A stretch of 64,000 nucleotides of DNA, taken from Candidatus Kapaibacterium sp. (GTDB lineage Bacteria; Bacteroidota; Ignavibacteria; Kapaibacteriales; UBA2268). Location of the stretch: NCBI GenBank assembly GCA_963665665.1, contig OY762428.1:5088001-5152000 (forward strand), written 5' to 3'. The notes below the pieces were generated by a model, which saw nothing but the letters and a program-made list of their open reading frames with translations, searched no databases and was not told where the DNA came from. Position numbers and translations under genes: made by a program. Shown one piece after another: positions 36,029-46,150 of the stretch (position 1 is the first letter of the stretch; each line of letters opens with the position of its first letter).

Positions 36029-37132
36029 TTACTGTTTCAATATCTTAGTTAGTTCAATAACTGCATTTGTTGCCGTCATGTCACCGTTAAGAACAGATTT
36101 TTCAATTCCGGGAGTGATATTTTTAATATGATCGGAATTATAAAACCAATTTCTTAGCGATTCTTCAACCATCGAGTAAACCCAGTCAAGCATCTGCTGT
36201 TTACGCCTGCTTTCGAAAATATCGTTTTCTTTAGTGAATGCAATAAATTCCTTCACTGTTTCCCAAATTTCAAAAACGCCCTTCTTTTCAATTGAAGAGC
36301 AGGTCTGGACTTTAGGAATCCATCCTTCCGTATAGGATTTCAGCAGGTGCAGGGCATTCCTGTATGAATCGGCAGTCATGTCAGCGTAGTACTTATTCTT
36401 TCCGTCGGCTTTATTCACAATCAAAGTATCAGAAAGCTCTACTGTTCCTTTCTTTATTCCCTGGAGTTCATCGCCACCACCCGGAAGAAGTACCAGCATA
36501 AACATATCAACCATAGAGCGTACCGTAGTTTCGCTCTGCCCGACTCCTACCGTTTCAATTAAAATAATATCATACCCGGCCGCTTCGCATACAAGGGCAG
36601 TTTCCCTTGTTTTCCTGGCAACACCGCCGAGAGTACCGCCGGAAGGAGAGGGGCGTATAAATGCATTCTTCTCGCGGGAAAGTATCTCCATCCTGGTTTT
36701 ATCACCGAGAATAGAGCCCCTGGAAAGTGTACTGCTCGGGTCAATTGCCAAAACAGCTACTTTATGGCCATCATCACAAAGGTATTTCCCCAGAGCTTCG
36801 ATAAAAGTGCTTTTGCCGGCACCCGGAGCGCCGGTTATCCCAATCCTGATTGATTTACCGGTGTGGGGGAGAAGCTCTTTAAGAACTTCCTGGGCCTTTT
36901 GTATATGTATATCGGAATTGCTTTCGACAAGGGTTATTGTCCTGGCAAGAACCGAGCGATCTGATTTCAGTACTCCGTCCACAAAATCTGATGTTTGTAA
37001 TTGCCTGCGTGCTGTTTTTATATTCGAACTGACTTTAACAACATCATTAATACCGGGCATAACGGAACTTGTAAATTCCTTTCCGTGCTCATCCGGTACC
37101 CATTCCGGTTTTTTATTTTTTTCCTTTGCCAT
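36029..37132 (-). CDS. meaB: Methylmalonyl-CoA mutase-associated GTPase MeaB/ArgK
   Basis: 'GITGAPGAGKST', 'AIDPSS..SRGSILGDKTRM', 'IETVGVGQSE', 'GDELQGIKKG', 'NKAD'. Confidence 0.95.
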   Translation of the reverse strand: MAKEKNKKPEWVPDEHGKEFTSSVMPGINDVVKVSSNIKTARRQLQTSDFVDGVLKSDRSVLARTITLVESNSDIHIQKAQEVLKELLPHTGKSIRIGITGAPGAGKSTFIEALGKYLCDDGHKVAVLAIDPSSTLSRGSILGDKTRMEILSREKNAFIRPSPSGGTLGGVARKTRETALVCEAAGYDIILIETVGVGQSETTVRSMVDMFMLVLLPGGGDELQGIKKGTVELSDTLIVNKADGKNKYYADMTADSYRNALHLLKSYTEGWIPKVQTCSSIEKKGVFEIWETVKEFIAFTKENDIFESRRKQQMLDWVYSMVEESLRNWFYNSDHIKNITPGIEKSVLNGDMTATNAVIELTKILKQ

Positions 37133-37142
37133 TGCTCATAAC

Positions 37143-39512
37143 TCATATTTCTACAATTGTAACTCCGGAACCGCCTTCTACAATTTGTCCGTCCCTGAAG
37201 GATTTTATCCCGCTTTGCTGCTTCAGGTAATCCTGAACAGCTTTTCTTAATGCTCCGGTTCCTTTTCCATGAACTATTGTCAGAATATTCAGGCTGCTGC
37301 TAACAAGCGCGTCACCAATGAAAATGTCCAGTTCGCGCAGTGCTGCTTCTGCTCTCATCCCGCGTATGTCCAGTTTGGATTCTACATCAAACCTTATATG
37401 GTCAGTTTTTGAACTGGTTTTTATCTGTTTTTCCTTAACTAGTACAGGGGAAAGCTTGTCGGTTGAAACTCTGAATTTCAATCCGTTGAAATCAACCACT
37501 GCAAATTTGCCGTTTTCGTCAATTTCAATTATGGAACCAATCGAATCGGAATCGTCCATTGTAACGCTGCCGCCTTTTTCAAGTTTCAGCTTTGGCTTGG
37601 CATTTCCTGGTTTTCGATTTTCAGCGTTTACGCTTTTTTGGATTTTTTCCTTTTTCAGGTTGAACTCTTTCTTTACATCTTTGAAAGATTTCTTTTCTTC
37701 CTGAATATCCCGTATCGCTTTTTCAATTGCCGCGTTGGCATTATCAACAATTTCCGAAGCTTTTTCTTTTGCTTCGTTGATGTGTTCCTGTCTTGTCTGT
37801 TTTATCTCAGAGAATTTCTCTTCGAATTTTTTGCGAGCCTTATCAGCTTTTATCTTGTTTTTATTTGCTTCAATTTTCAAAGATTCTGCATCTGAAATAT
37901 GTTTCTGGAGAACAGAAATACTCTTTTCAAGTTCTTTTTGCTTGTTGCCAAGGTATTTTCTTGCTCTTTGCAGAACAAGCCTGCTCATACCCAGGTTTTC
38001 CGCGAGATGGAATGCATAGGAATTTCCTGGTATTCCGGGCAGGAATTTATATGTTGGCTTCAACTCATTTTCATTAAATTCGAGCGATGCATTGTCAATT
38101 TCTTTCCTGTTCAGAGCATAGGTTTTAAGAGATGACTGGTGTGTTGTAGCCACAAAAAATACCTTCAATTCAAGAAATGTATCCAGGATACCCGCTGCAA
38201 GTGCAGCACCTTCCTGAGGATCAGTTCCCGATCCTATCTCGTCAACAAGGATAAGAGAATTGCTGTCCGTTTCATCGAGAATTTGTTTCAACTGATACAT
38301 TTGGGAGCTGAAAGTACTCAGGTCATTTTCAATAGACTGATGGTCTCCGATGCAGGAATAAATATTGCAATAATTGGTATGTACTTCCCCGATCGGAAAA
38401 ACTCCGCTCAGAGCCAGTGCGATATTTAATCCCATGCTTTTTAGCGCAACTGTTTTACCACCGGCGTTTGGCCCTGAAATCAGATGGCCTCTCTTTTGTG
38501 TATCAAAATCAATATTCAGCGGGATTACTTTTTCGCGCCCCTTGGAGTGAACCAGAAGCGGATGCCGGATATCCCTCATATAAACCCTTTTGTCTTCAAC
38601 TATTTTTGGCTTGATACCTCCGAATTCAAGAGAGTATTTTGCCCTCCCTAGAATTGAATCAATATGAGCCATTATTTCAGCGGATCTCAGCAGGTCGTTA
38701 GCCTCATAGCCGATCTCTGATGTTAAATCCATCAGTATTTTTGCTATTTCCCTTTTTTCTTCGTTCAGAAGCAGGGATAGCTCGTTGTTTAGTTCGATTA
38801 TCTCCGCAGGTTCAAGAAAAACTGTAGCTCCGGTCTGAGACACTCCGTGTATGATACCGGATATATGTCTTTTATGTTCAGATTTCACGGGAAGAACAAA
38901 ACGCCCTTCGCGTAAGGTATAAAAGTCCTCACGGGCAAAATCCTCTTCAACCACCTTTTTCAATATGCGCTGAAGCCTTGCCCTGAGTTTATTTGATTTA
39001 TCATGTATAGATCTTCTTATTCTTTGAAGTTCCCGGGATGCCGTATCTCTGACTTCTCCAATATCATCAATCGAATCGGAAATATGTTTTTCAAGCAGAA
39101 GATTCTGATGGAGAGCTTCCACTTCATCAGTCATAACAGGATATTTGTGCTTTTTGTCGTCGAAGTATTTCTTTAACAACCTGGAAACTCTTGAAATTTC
39201 CTTAATTCTTAATATTTCCGTAGTAGAAAGTATTGAATTGGTTACTTTCGATTTATGCAGTGATTCCCGGACATCATGGAGGCCTTCAAGCGGTATCTCT
39301 GTTTCTTCGGCCATTATCTCGCATGTTTCTCCTATCAGGTCGTGTTCCCTGAGAAGGAAATATATTTCGTTGACGGGGCAGAGGCCTCGGATAATTTCCC
39401 TGCCCATTGATGATATACAATATTTTTCAACTTTTGCTAGTACTGATTCAAATTCAAGCTGTCTGAGAGCTTCCTTTTGTAATGATGTTAAACTGTCCCA
39501 GTTTTTATCCAT
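37143..39512 (-). CDS. mutS2: Endonuclease MutS2
   Basis: 'SQTGATVFLEP', Walker A 'GPNAGGKT', 'QSIENDLSTFS', 'DEIGSGTDP', coiled coil, and Smr domain 'LDIRGMR...VHGKGTGALR'. Confidence 0.95.
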   Translation of the reverse strand: MDKNWDSLTSLQKEALRQLEFESVLAKVEKYCISSMGREIIRGLCPVNEIYFLLREHDLIGETCEIMAEETEIPLEGLHDVRESLHKSKVTNSILSTTEILRIKEISRVSRLLKKYFDDKKHKYPVMTDEVEALHQNLLLEKHISDSIDDIGEVRDTASRELQRIRRSIHDKSNKLRARLQRILKKVVEEDFAREDFYTLREGRFVLPVKSEHKRHISGIIHGVSQTGATVFLEPAEIIELNNELSLLLNEEKREIAKILMDLTSEIGYEANDLLRSAEIMAHIDSILGRAKYSLEFGGIKPKIVEDKRVYMRDIRHPLLVHSKGREKVIPLNIDFDTQKRGHLISGPNAGGKTVALKSMGLNIALALSGVFPIGEVHTNYCNIYSCIGDHQSIENDLSTFSSQMYQLKQILDETDSNSLILVDEIGSGTDPQEGAALAAGILDTFLELKVFFVATTHQSSLKTYALNRKEIDNASLEFNENELKPTYKFLPGIPGNSYAFHLAENLGMSRLVLQRARKYLGNKQKELEKSISVLQKHISDAESLKIEANKNKIKADKARKKFEEKFSEIKQTRQEHINEAKEKASEIVDNANAAIEKAIRDIQEEKKSFKDVKKEFNLKKEKIQKSVNAENRKPGNAKPKLKLEKGGSVTMDDSDSIGSIIEIDENGKFAVVDFNGLKFRVSTDKLSPVLVKEKQIKTSSKTDHIRFDVESKLDIRGMRAEAALRELDIFIGDALVSSSLNILTIVHGKGTGALRKAVQDYLKQQSGIKSFRDGQIVEGGSGVTIVEI

Positions 39513-39527
39513 TATATTAAAATTCCG

Positions 39528-39980
39528 TTATAATTCCTTTAAAGCATTTGTAACACATTGCTTAACAAGGGAACCGTCTGCTTTGTCCTTAAGCTCTTTC
39601 ATGCACACTCCCATCAGTTTGCCCATATCGGACATACCGGCAGCGCCAGTTTCGGCAACCTTGCTTTTCACAAATTCCATTATCGCTTCTTCCGACAATT
39701 GTTCCGGCAGGAACTCATTTATTATATCAAGTTCTTGCTGTTCTTTTTCAGCCAATTCTTCCCTGCCGCCTTTTTTATAAAGGTCAATGGCATCTTTTCG
39801 TTTTTTCGCGGCTGATTTCAATATTTTCATTGCTTCTTCTTCGCCAAGCTCCTTGTCGGTTCCGCTTTTCTTAAATTCAAGAATCGAGGCTCTGAGAGAT
39901 CTCATAGCATCGAGCCTGACTTTGTCGCCACTTTTCATGGCTTCTTTCATTTTTTCATTTACAATTGCTTCGATATTCAT
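39528..39980 (-). CDS. yqeY: GatB/YqeY domain protein
   Basis: 'MKEAMKSGDK', 'KKRKDAIDLYKKGGREELAEKE', 'FLPEQLS', 'DMGKLMG'. GGGAG RBS. Confidence 0.9.
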   Translation of the reverse strand: MNIEAIVNEKMKEAMKSGDKVRLDAMRSLRASILEFKKSGTDKELGEEEAMKILKSAAKKRKDAIDLYKKGGREELAEKEQQELDIINEFLPEQLSEEAIMEFVKSKVAETGAAGMSDMGKLMGVCMKELKDKADGSLVKQCVTNALKEL

Positions 39981-40059
39981 TTTCTTCTCCCTTTTTTATA
40001 AATTTCATTTTTATATAATTTCAAAATTAGTGTTTTCATTGGTAAGAATAAAATAATTA

Positions 40060-40125
40060 AGGCCGTCCTTTTCAATAATCAGTAATTTTTTTATCTCTGA
40101 GCTGATCTATTATTTAGGACGGCCT
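40060..40125. terminator. Long hairpin (terminator- or REP-like) between the VWA adhesin and yqeY
   Basis: AGGCCGTCCT (40060-40069) / AGGACGGCCT (40116-40125), with inner AATAATCAG / CTGATCTATT pairing. Confidence 0.55.
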
Positions 40126-40145
40126 GTAAATTTGGACCGTTTAGA

Positions 40146-43100
40146 TTATTTAGAAATCACCAGCTGTGCTGAAGAACGGAATGGCCCTGAAATCATTTTA
40201 ATCATGTAAACACCCGATGATAATTCATCGATTGGCAGGTTCAATTCATATTTACCGGGAGAAAGCACTTCTTCAATCAGAACTCTCTCTGTTTTACCCA
40301 TTGTGTTTACAAGTTCGATAGTTGTATGAGCTTCAAGCCCGACAGAGAATTTTAGTGTTGATTTTTCAACTGCCGGATTTGGTGCCGGTGGAGCCAAATC
40401 GTAATCGTCACTGTTTATTGTGATAAGCCTTCCGTCGCGGAAACAGATATTAATAATTTCAGCTTCAGTTACTTTTTCGGCTGTTGTTTCACAATCCGAA
40501 TGAACAGGTTTCAGCATTACATCGCTTGTATCAGTATCACAAAGGAAATATTGCATGAACACATCGAACAAATGGCCGTCGAAAGATGTGTTTAAAGTTC
40601 CTGAACCAGAGATTGTAAGAGTTCCCGGTGATTCAACAAAAGGATCATTCCATGTCCAGTTACTAAGTTTGTTTTTAAACGATGAGCCTTCAACATGGTT
40701 GTAACTCAGCATTTCCGGATTATAAATTATCTGAAGTGTCATTTCAGTAAGTGGATTATTTGCAAGTTCCTGAATTTCTGCATATACCGAGAACTTACCA
40801 TACTTGCTTGGTTCTGCTGCCACAAGGTTGTCAGATACTGATAAGTGAATTATATCGCCTGTTCCTTTTAGTTCAGCGGTAAGCTCTTCATCAAAAGAAT
40901 TAACCAGGTGAAGGAAGCAGGAATAATCTCTATCCTCAGTCGGGCTGAATGAAACATGGAATGTGTTATCATCGCCACCCGGAACAGCAAAATCATCAGA
41001 AATAAATACTTCAAATGCTGTCGAGTCAGCTCCCGTGAAATAATAATCACTTACGATAAGTTCAGTTGATCCGCCGCTGTTAGTTACAGTAACAGGTATA
41101 TTCTGTACGGTAGTACAAAGCAGTGCCACGCCTGATTCAACAGGATTGGTAACTGCTACGCCAAGGGCATCGCAATTAGCTTCAACCAGATCAACCTGAG
41201 GGTATTCTTCCGCGCCTGTATTGGCATCGGATTTCACAATAATGTTCACAGTTCTTGTGCCAGCATCCTGAGGCGTGAAATCAACAGGAAAATCAAAGAA
41301 ATCTTCTTTATCAATAGTAACTCCGGCAGGTGCTGTACCACCGGGCCATGAGTAATCACTTGTTGCTGTTTCGAAAGCAAGGGATTCGATATATAAAGGA
41401 GCACTCTGGCTTGGATTTTCAATCCTGAGATATGCTGTTGATGTTTCGCCGGGTTTCACCGGATTATCGCATATCCAGGTAGGATTGATCTTTGGCAATA
41501 CGCCGGTTCCTTCAATAAGAACTTCCAGAGGTTCGTCCATTGATTCAATATCAATGACAACCGTGGCAGAATAATACCTTTCATCAACAGGTTTGAATGA
41601 TACCGGGATTTCGAATTTATCATTTGCATTTACTGTACCTGTTTCAGTATCAATAGTGAAATATGAATCGTCAGCTCCTCCTTTGAGAGAAATACTGTTT
41701 ATTGCAGCATTTAGAACTGAATTATTGTTAACAACCAATACGGAATCATAAGTACCAAGAACTTTTCTGTCTTCCCAGTTTATCGGAAGGGCAAGAATAT
41801 CAGCATTAATACCAACACCTATCAGATATGTTATTGGTTCCTGGCAGCCTTCGGGCATATTATAATTAATATAAGCCGACCTTGGGCCCGGAACTGTCGG
41901 AGTAAACCAAACCTGAAGGTCAACACATTCGCCAGCTTCAACAGGGAATGTTCCGCAAGGAGTTCCATCCGGGAAAGTAACTTTGAAATCGCCAGGGTTG
42001 TCGCCTTCTATTGTCGGCTGTATCCTGATAGTGGCTGGGTTAGTATTTTTAAATATACATGTTTCTATTTGTTTTTTTGTGAAACCTGTATTCTGAGTTC
42101 CCATATCAACAGTATCAACTGCCTGAGCAGAACAAACACCGTTACCTATCAGGTCGATACTGATGGATTCGGCACAATCACAATCAATTATCAGAGTTCC
42201 CTCGCGGACACCTGTTGCCTGTGGGGCAAAGCCAAATTCAAGATTCAGTTCGGACATGGCTTTCAGGTTAGTACCTGCAATATCCTGAAGTGTAAAGTCA
42301 CTGGAAGGGTTACCGTTTTTATCTACTATTCTGTATCCTTCGATTGTTTCATCAATATTTTTAATATTAGCAACAATTTGGTTAAATCCCACAGGGCAAT
42401 TATCGCCAAGAGTGCAATCGCCGAGATCAAGCGGGGAAGCTTCAGTGAATTCAAGTACCGGTTGAATGATATCAAAAGCCTCACTAATATCTTCCGAACC
42501 CGGAACACGGCCATATTTATTTACCCATGAATCGGTATTTGCCTCTCCATTAACAGTATGGTTACCAAAAGCAATACTGTTTGTGAAATTACCAGTCTGG
42601 AATCGGCTGCCTTCGGAATCATAGTCTGTATCAGAAGACCAGTCCGGATAGTCGGTATTTGATTTTTCCAGTCCGGAAAGCCTTAGGTCGGAATTGAATG
42701 TTGCGATGAAATAAGCCGGCCTGTCAGATCGGGGCAAGCTGTATCCCTGGTAATTGTATGTATTTAAATATTGTCCTTTAATAATTATTTCGTCTTTAAT
42801 AGTGTCAATCTTTATTCTTAACCCGCGTGCTTCAAATTTTGTATAAACATCAATTGCACCAAGCAGAGTTACTTTTGGATAACCACCACCGGCGGGATAT
42901 CTTGCTACATAGCAATAGGGAACTCCTGCTTCCTGAATATTTGGTGTGATCGTTCCAAATTGTGCGCCCTGATAGCAAATTCCAGTTACGAAAGCATTCC
43001 CCATTTTATCAACACAAACACCCATAGCAGAATCATTTCCGTCGCGTCCTCCGGCTCTGTCAGACCAAACAAAGCCGCCTTCCTGGGTATCGAACTTGCT

Positions 43101-44771
43101 TACGAAAATATCATAACCGCCTTTGGAAGTTAAAGTATCTTCGCCAAAGTGTGCATCTCCTTCGAAATGGCCTACAACATATACGTTCATGTCATCTTTT
43201 GTTACAGCGAGACTTGTTGATACGATATTATCCGGCCCTGTAAGGCCGCTTGCCCACTGATACAACTGCTGTTCGGAAACTTCTGCTTTGATAATAACAT
43301 TCTCTGCTTCAAATCCCGGATTCCATGTATAGGAAAGATTTCTCCTGTTATTAGCAATAGTATTCCAGCTTCCGCCACCATTGGTACTATATGAAAGATT
43401 TACAGGTACATCAGCTTCGACTCCGGCCCATTCAATAACTACCCTGTCGCATGTGGATTTTATTTCCCCGCCTTCAGGATTCGTAATCAGTACCTGCGAA
43501 TAACCTCCAATCAAAGTAGCCTGGGCAGGGCAGGGGCTTCCTTCGAACATAAGTGCTGCCTGCCTGAAATCTTTTACAGCTCCCTGTGTGAATTGAACAA
43601 CTACGTCATGTGTTTGGCCTGAGTCCAACAGGAAGGGGTAGCTGTCCACTCCGTCATCAATAATTTTAAAGTACTGCTCTGAAGGCAATATTTTAATTTC
43701 CTCGATATTCATTGCCGTTTGTTCCGGCATGATTGTTATGGTTTTTGATGGTGCTGAAGTATTTACCGGGGGATTTCCAAAAGCATTGATATCATCATAT
43801 ACTTCAATGCTTGCGATGCTGTTTTCCGGAGCCAGAAAAGTCCTGCTCACATCCCGGTTGTTTCTTGTAAATTTTATATAAACATCTCTGGTACGGCTGA
43901 ATTCATCACAGCCAAAAGGTGATTTCCAACGAAGCTCGCATATACGTTTGGACTGTATGTCGAGAGCAATATATTTGTAAATATTATTAAGCTCTTCTTT
44001 CGTATAAACCTCGTATGATTTGCCACCTGTTTCTTTGGAAATATATTCAAGTTTGGAATGCATAGGCATGGTTAACGTTATGGCATAGACCTGAATATTA
44101 TAATTGTTCAGGGAATCAACAATTTTCAACTGATCGGGTTCATGATTCGGGTTGCCGTCAGTAAGGAAAACAACAATTCTACGCATATCTGATGGCCGGG
44201 TTTTCAGCATATCAACAGCACCGACGTTTTCCTGAATAAAAGGCGGTTCGTATTCTGTTGCGCCAACAACGGGAATATTATTTAACGAATCAAACAGCCT
44301 GTCCTTATCATTAGTAAACGGACAGCGAAACATAGCATATTTACCAAAAGAAGTTAAGGCAATAGCGGTTCGTCCTTCAAAATGAATTGTGTTAATAAAA
44401 GCACGAACGCCTTCTTTAACCCATTTCCATCTGGTTTCGCCGGTAAGTGTGTCAATAAAACCCATAGAACCGCTCTGATCGAGTATGATAAGAACACTTA
44501 CTTCGGGATTTTTGACTTCATCCCAGCATTCTACTTCAAGTGATGCATTCATAGACTGCATATTTTCCGTTACGTTAAAATCATCAACGGCAATATCTTC
44601 ATAATTGTTGCCTGCTGCATTCAAAGCAACAAAACTTGCCCGGATCCACGGAAATCCCGATGCATCCAATTCAGATATAGAAAAAGTTTGAGATTTTAAA
44701 GTTCCAGAAAATTGAAAAAATAGAAATAGGGATACGAAAATTAATAAAGTAGTATGGCATCGGAAATTCAT
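40146..44771 (-). CDS. Large T9SS-secreted adhesin: VWA domain + propeller + multiple Ig-like (choice-of-anchor D/ASH-like) domains + CTD
   Basis: Signal peptide. MIDAS 'ILDQSGSM' and 'VFLTDG'. SBBP-like 'VYVVGHF...YDIFVSKFD'. Repeated 'F-x-P...G-x-G' Ig domains (FTPTVPGPRSA, FKPVDE, FTPQDAG, FSPTED). CTD 'PNPA...LSSGVYMIKM'. Confidence 0.85.
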   Translation of the reverse strand: MNFRCHTTLLIFVSLFLFFQFSGTLKSQTFSISELDASGFPWIRASFVALNAAGNNYEDIAVDDFNVTENMQSMNASLEVECWDEVKNPEVSVLIILDQSGSMGFIDTLTGETRWKWVKEGVRAFINTIHFEGRTAIALTSFGKYAMFRCPFTNDKDRLFDSLNNIPVVGATEYEPPFIQENVGAVDMLKTRPSDMRRIVVFLTDGNPNHEPDQLKIVDSLNNYNIQVYAITLTMPMHSKLEYISKETGGKSYEVYTKEELNNIYKYIALDIQSKRICELRWKSPFGCDEFSRTRDVYIKFTRNNRDVSRTFLAPENSIASIEVYDDINAFGNPPVNTSAPSKTITIMPEQTAMNIEEIKILPSEQYFKIIDDGVDSYPFLLDSGQTHDVVVQFTQGAVKDFRQAALMFEGSPCPAQATLIGGYSQVLITNPEGGEIKSTCDRVVIEWAGVEADVPVNLSYSTNGGGSWNTIANNRRNLSYTWNPGFEAENVIIKAEVSEQQLYQWASGLTGPDNIVSTSLAVTKDDMNVYVVGHFEGDAHFGEDTLTSKGGYDIFVSKFDTQEGGFVWSDRAGGRDGNDSAMGVCVDKMGNAFVTGICYQGAQFGTITPNIQEAGVPYCYVARYPAGGGYPKVTLLGAIDVYTKFEARGLRIKIDTIKDEIIIKGQYLNTYNYQGYSLPRSDRPAYFIATFNSDLRLSGLEKSNTDYPDWSSDTDYDSEGSRFQTGNFTNSIAFGNHTVNGEANTDSWVNKYGRVPGSEDISEAFDIIQPVLEFTEASPLDLGDCTLGDNCPVGFNQIVANIKNIDETIEGYRIVDKNGNPSSDFTLQDIAGTNLKAMSELNLEFGFAPQATGVREGTLIIDCDCAESISIDLIGNGVCSAQAVDTVDMGTQNTGFTKKQIETCIFKNTNPATIRIQPTIEGDNPGDFKVTFPDGTPCGTFPVEAGECVDLQVWFTPTVPGPRSAYINYNMPEGCQEPITYLIGVGINADILALPINWEDRKVLGTYDSVLVVNNNSVLNAAINSISLKGGADDSYFTIDTETGTVNANDKFEIPVSFKPVDERYYSATVVIDIESMDEPLEVLIEGTGVLPKINPTWICDNPVKPGETSTAYLRIENPSQSAPLYIESLAFETATSDYSWPGGTAPAGVTIDKEDFFDFPVDFTPQDAGTRTVNIIVKSDANTGAEEYPQVDLVEANCDALGVAVTNPVESGVALLCTTVQNIPVTVTNSGGSTELIVSDYYFTGADSTAFEVFISDDFAVPGGDDNTFHVSFSPTEDRDYSCFLHLVNSFDEELTAELKGTGDIIHLSVSDNLVAAEPSKYGKFSVYAEIQELANNPLTEMTLQIIYNPEMLSYNHVEGSSFKNKLSNWTWNDPFVESPGTLTISGSGTLNTSFDGHLFDVFMQYFLCDTDTSDVMLKPVHSDCETTAEKVTEAEIINICFRDGRLITINSDDYDLAPPAPNPAVEKSTLKFSVGLEAHTTIELVNTMGKTERVLIEEVLSPGKYELNLPIDELSSGVYMIKMISGPFRSSAQLVISK

Positions 44772-44979
44772 AATAGCTCCAAAATATCAGTTTGTATAGT
44801 TTCTTTCCAACAAAACACAGTTCTCTAATTAGTCCAGTTAATACAAATTTAAAAAAAAAATTCAAATACAATCTATAAACAGACAAAATAGGAGAAAGTC
44901 ACAAAAAAAAATCTCTTTTTTTATTAAAAAAAGACGATTATAAAGAATTATTATACAGAATTGTGAATAATTTTTTTTA

Positions 44980-46089
44980 TCAGGCAAGTACAGATTGTTC
45001 CTTGATAACAAGGTTGCACTTTTCGGCATCCATCTGAGCTGTAATTCCTATGGGTAATGTGATCTTTTTGGTGCCATGCCCAATAGGCATTCCGATTACA
45101 GTAGGAATGCCGAGTGGTTTAATCAACTGATTCAAAACCTGCTTGATAGTGAATGAACCACCGGGATAGAAAGATCTTTTGGTGTTAAGCCTTTTGAAAT
45201 ATCCGAATATAATTCCCTGAACGGAATCAAATTTTCCGGCAAGCTTAAGCTGTGTAAGCATTTTGTCAATTTTGTACGGGTGTTCGGAAACTTCTTCGAT
45301 AAATAAGATTGCATTGTCAGTATTTATTTCATAAGGGGTTCCAAGAGTAGCACTTAGCATAGAAAGATTGCCTCCGACAAGTTTGCCCTCTCCTTTTCCT
45401 TTAACTAAAGTAAAAGCACTGTTCGAGGAAGCTTTGATAGGTTCAAATTGTTCCTTGCTATATAATACTTTCCTGAAATAATTAGTTGTAAAACTATCAA
45501 AATCGCAAGCTGCAACCGGGCCGTGATAAGTTACCATATTAGTTTTAACATGAATGGCATTGATTAGTGCTGTAATGTCGCTGAAACCAACTATGATCTT
45601 CGGGTTATCACGAATAATATTGAAATCCAGCTTGTCAAGAATTCGCATAACTCCGTAGCCGCCCCTTCCGCAAAGTATACATTTTACGTCGTCTCTTTGA
45701 ACGTAATCCATAAATTCATTTGCACGCATATCATCAGGTGCGGAGAGGTATCTGCTTCTGGCTTTTCTGTCCTTTATAGTTTTACCGACTTCAATTTTAA
45801 AACCTGATTTTTTCAGCATTCTCAAAGCATGGCGCATCTCGTAGTAAGAGGTAGGGCTTGCCGGAGCGGTTATAGCCACAATGTCTTTTTCAGTCAGGGC
45901 AGGAGGGATGATAAGTTTGTTATCGGATAAAGATTTTTCCGGTTTATATTCAATCTCGGTATTAATTGAATCTTTTTCGTATATCTGATCCTGAGCATCA
46001 GAACGGCCGGAAAAAAGACGCCTTCCCGAAACCGCCATCGAGCCGAGTCCGAGCAAGCCTGTAAATTCCCTTCTGCTAAATCTTTTCAT
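44980..46089 (-). CDS. LD-carboxypeptidase (peptidase S66) with Tat signal peptide
   Basis: Twin-arginine 'SRREFTG'. 'RGGYG', nucleophile 'GFSDIT', 'GGNLS', 'EEVSEHPY', 'PIGH'. Confidence 0.9.
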   Translation of the reverse strand: MKRFSRREFTGLLGLGSMAVSGRRLFSGRSDAQDQIYEKDSINTEIEYKPEKSLSDNKLIIPPALTEKDIVAITAPASPTSYYEMRHALRMLKKSGFKIEVGKTIKDRKARSRYLSAPDDMRANEFMDYVQRDDVKCILCGRGGYGVMRILDKLDFNIIRDNPKIIVGFSDITALINAIHVKTNMVTYHGPVAACDFDSFTTNYFRKVLYSKEQFEPIKASSNSAFTLVKGKGEGKLVGGNLSMLSATLGTPYEINTDNAILFIEEVSEHPYKIDKMLTQLKLAGKFDSVQGIIFGYFKRLNTKRSFYPGGSFTIKQVLNQLIKPLGIPTVIGMPIGHGTKKITLPIGITAQMDAEKCNLVIKEQSVLA

Positions 46090-46150
46090 TATACCTTCAA
46101 ATTTCTGAATAACTCAATATTTATTTCAGAATCAAAAACCATTCCTGTTT

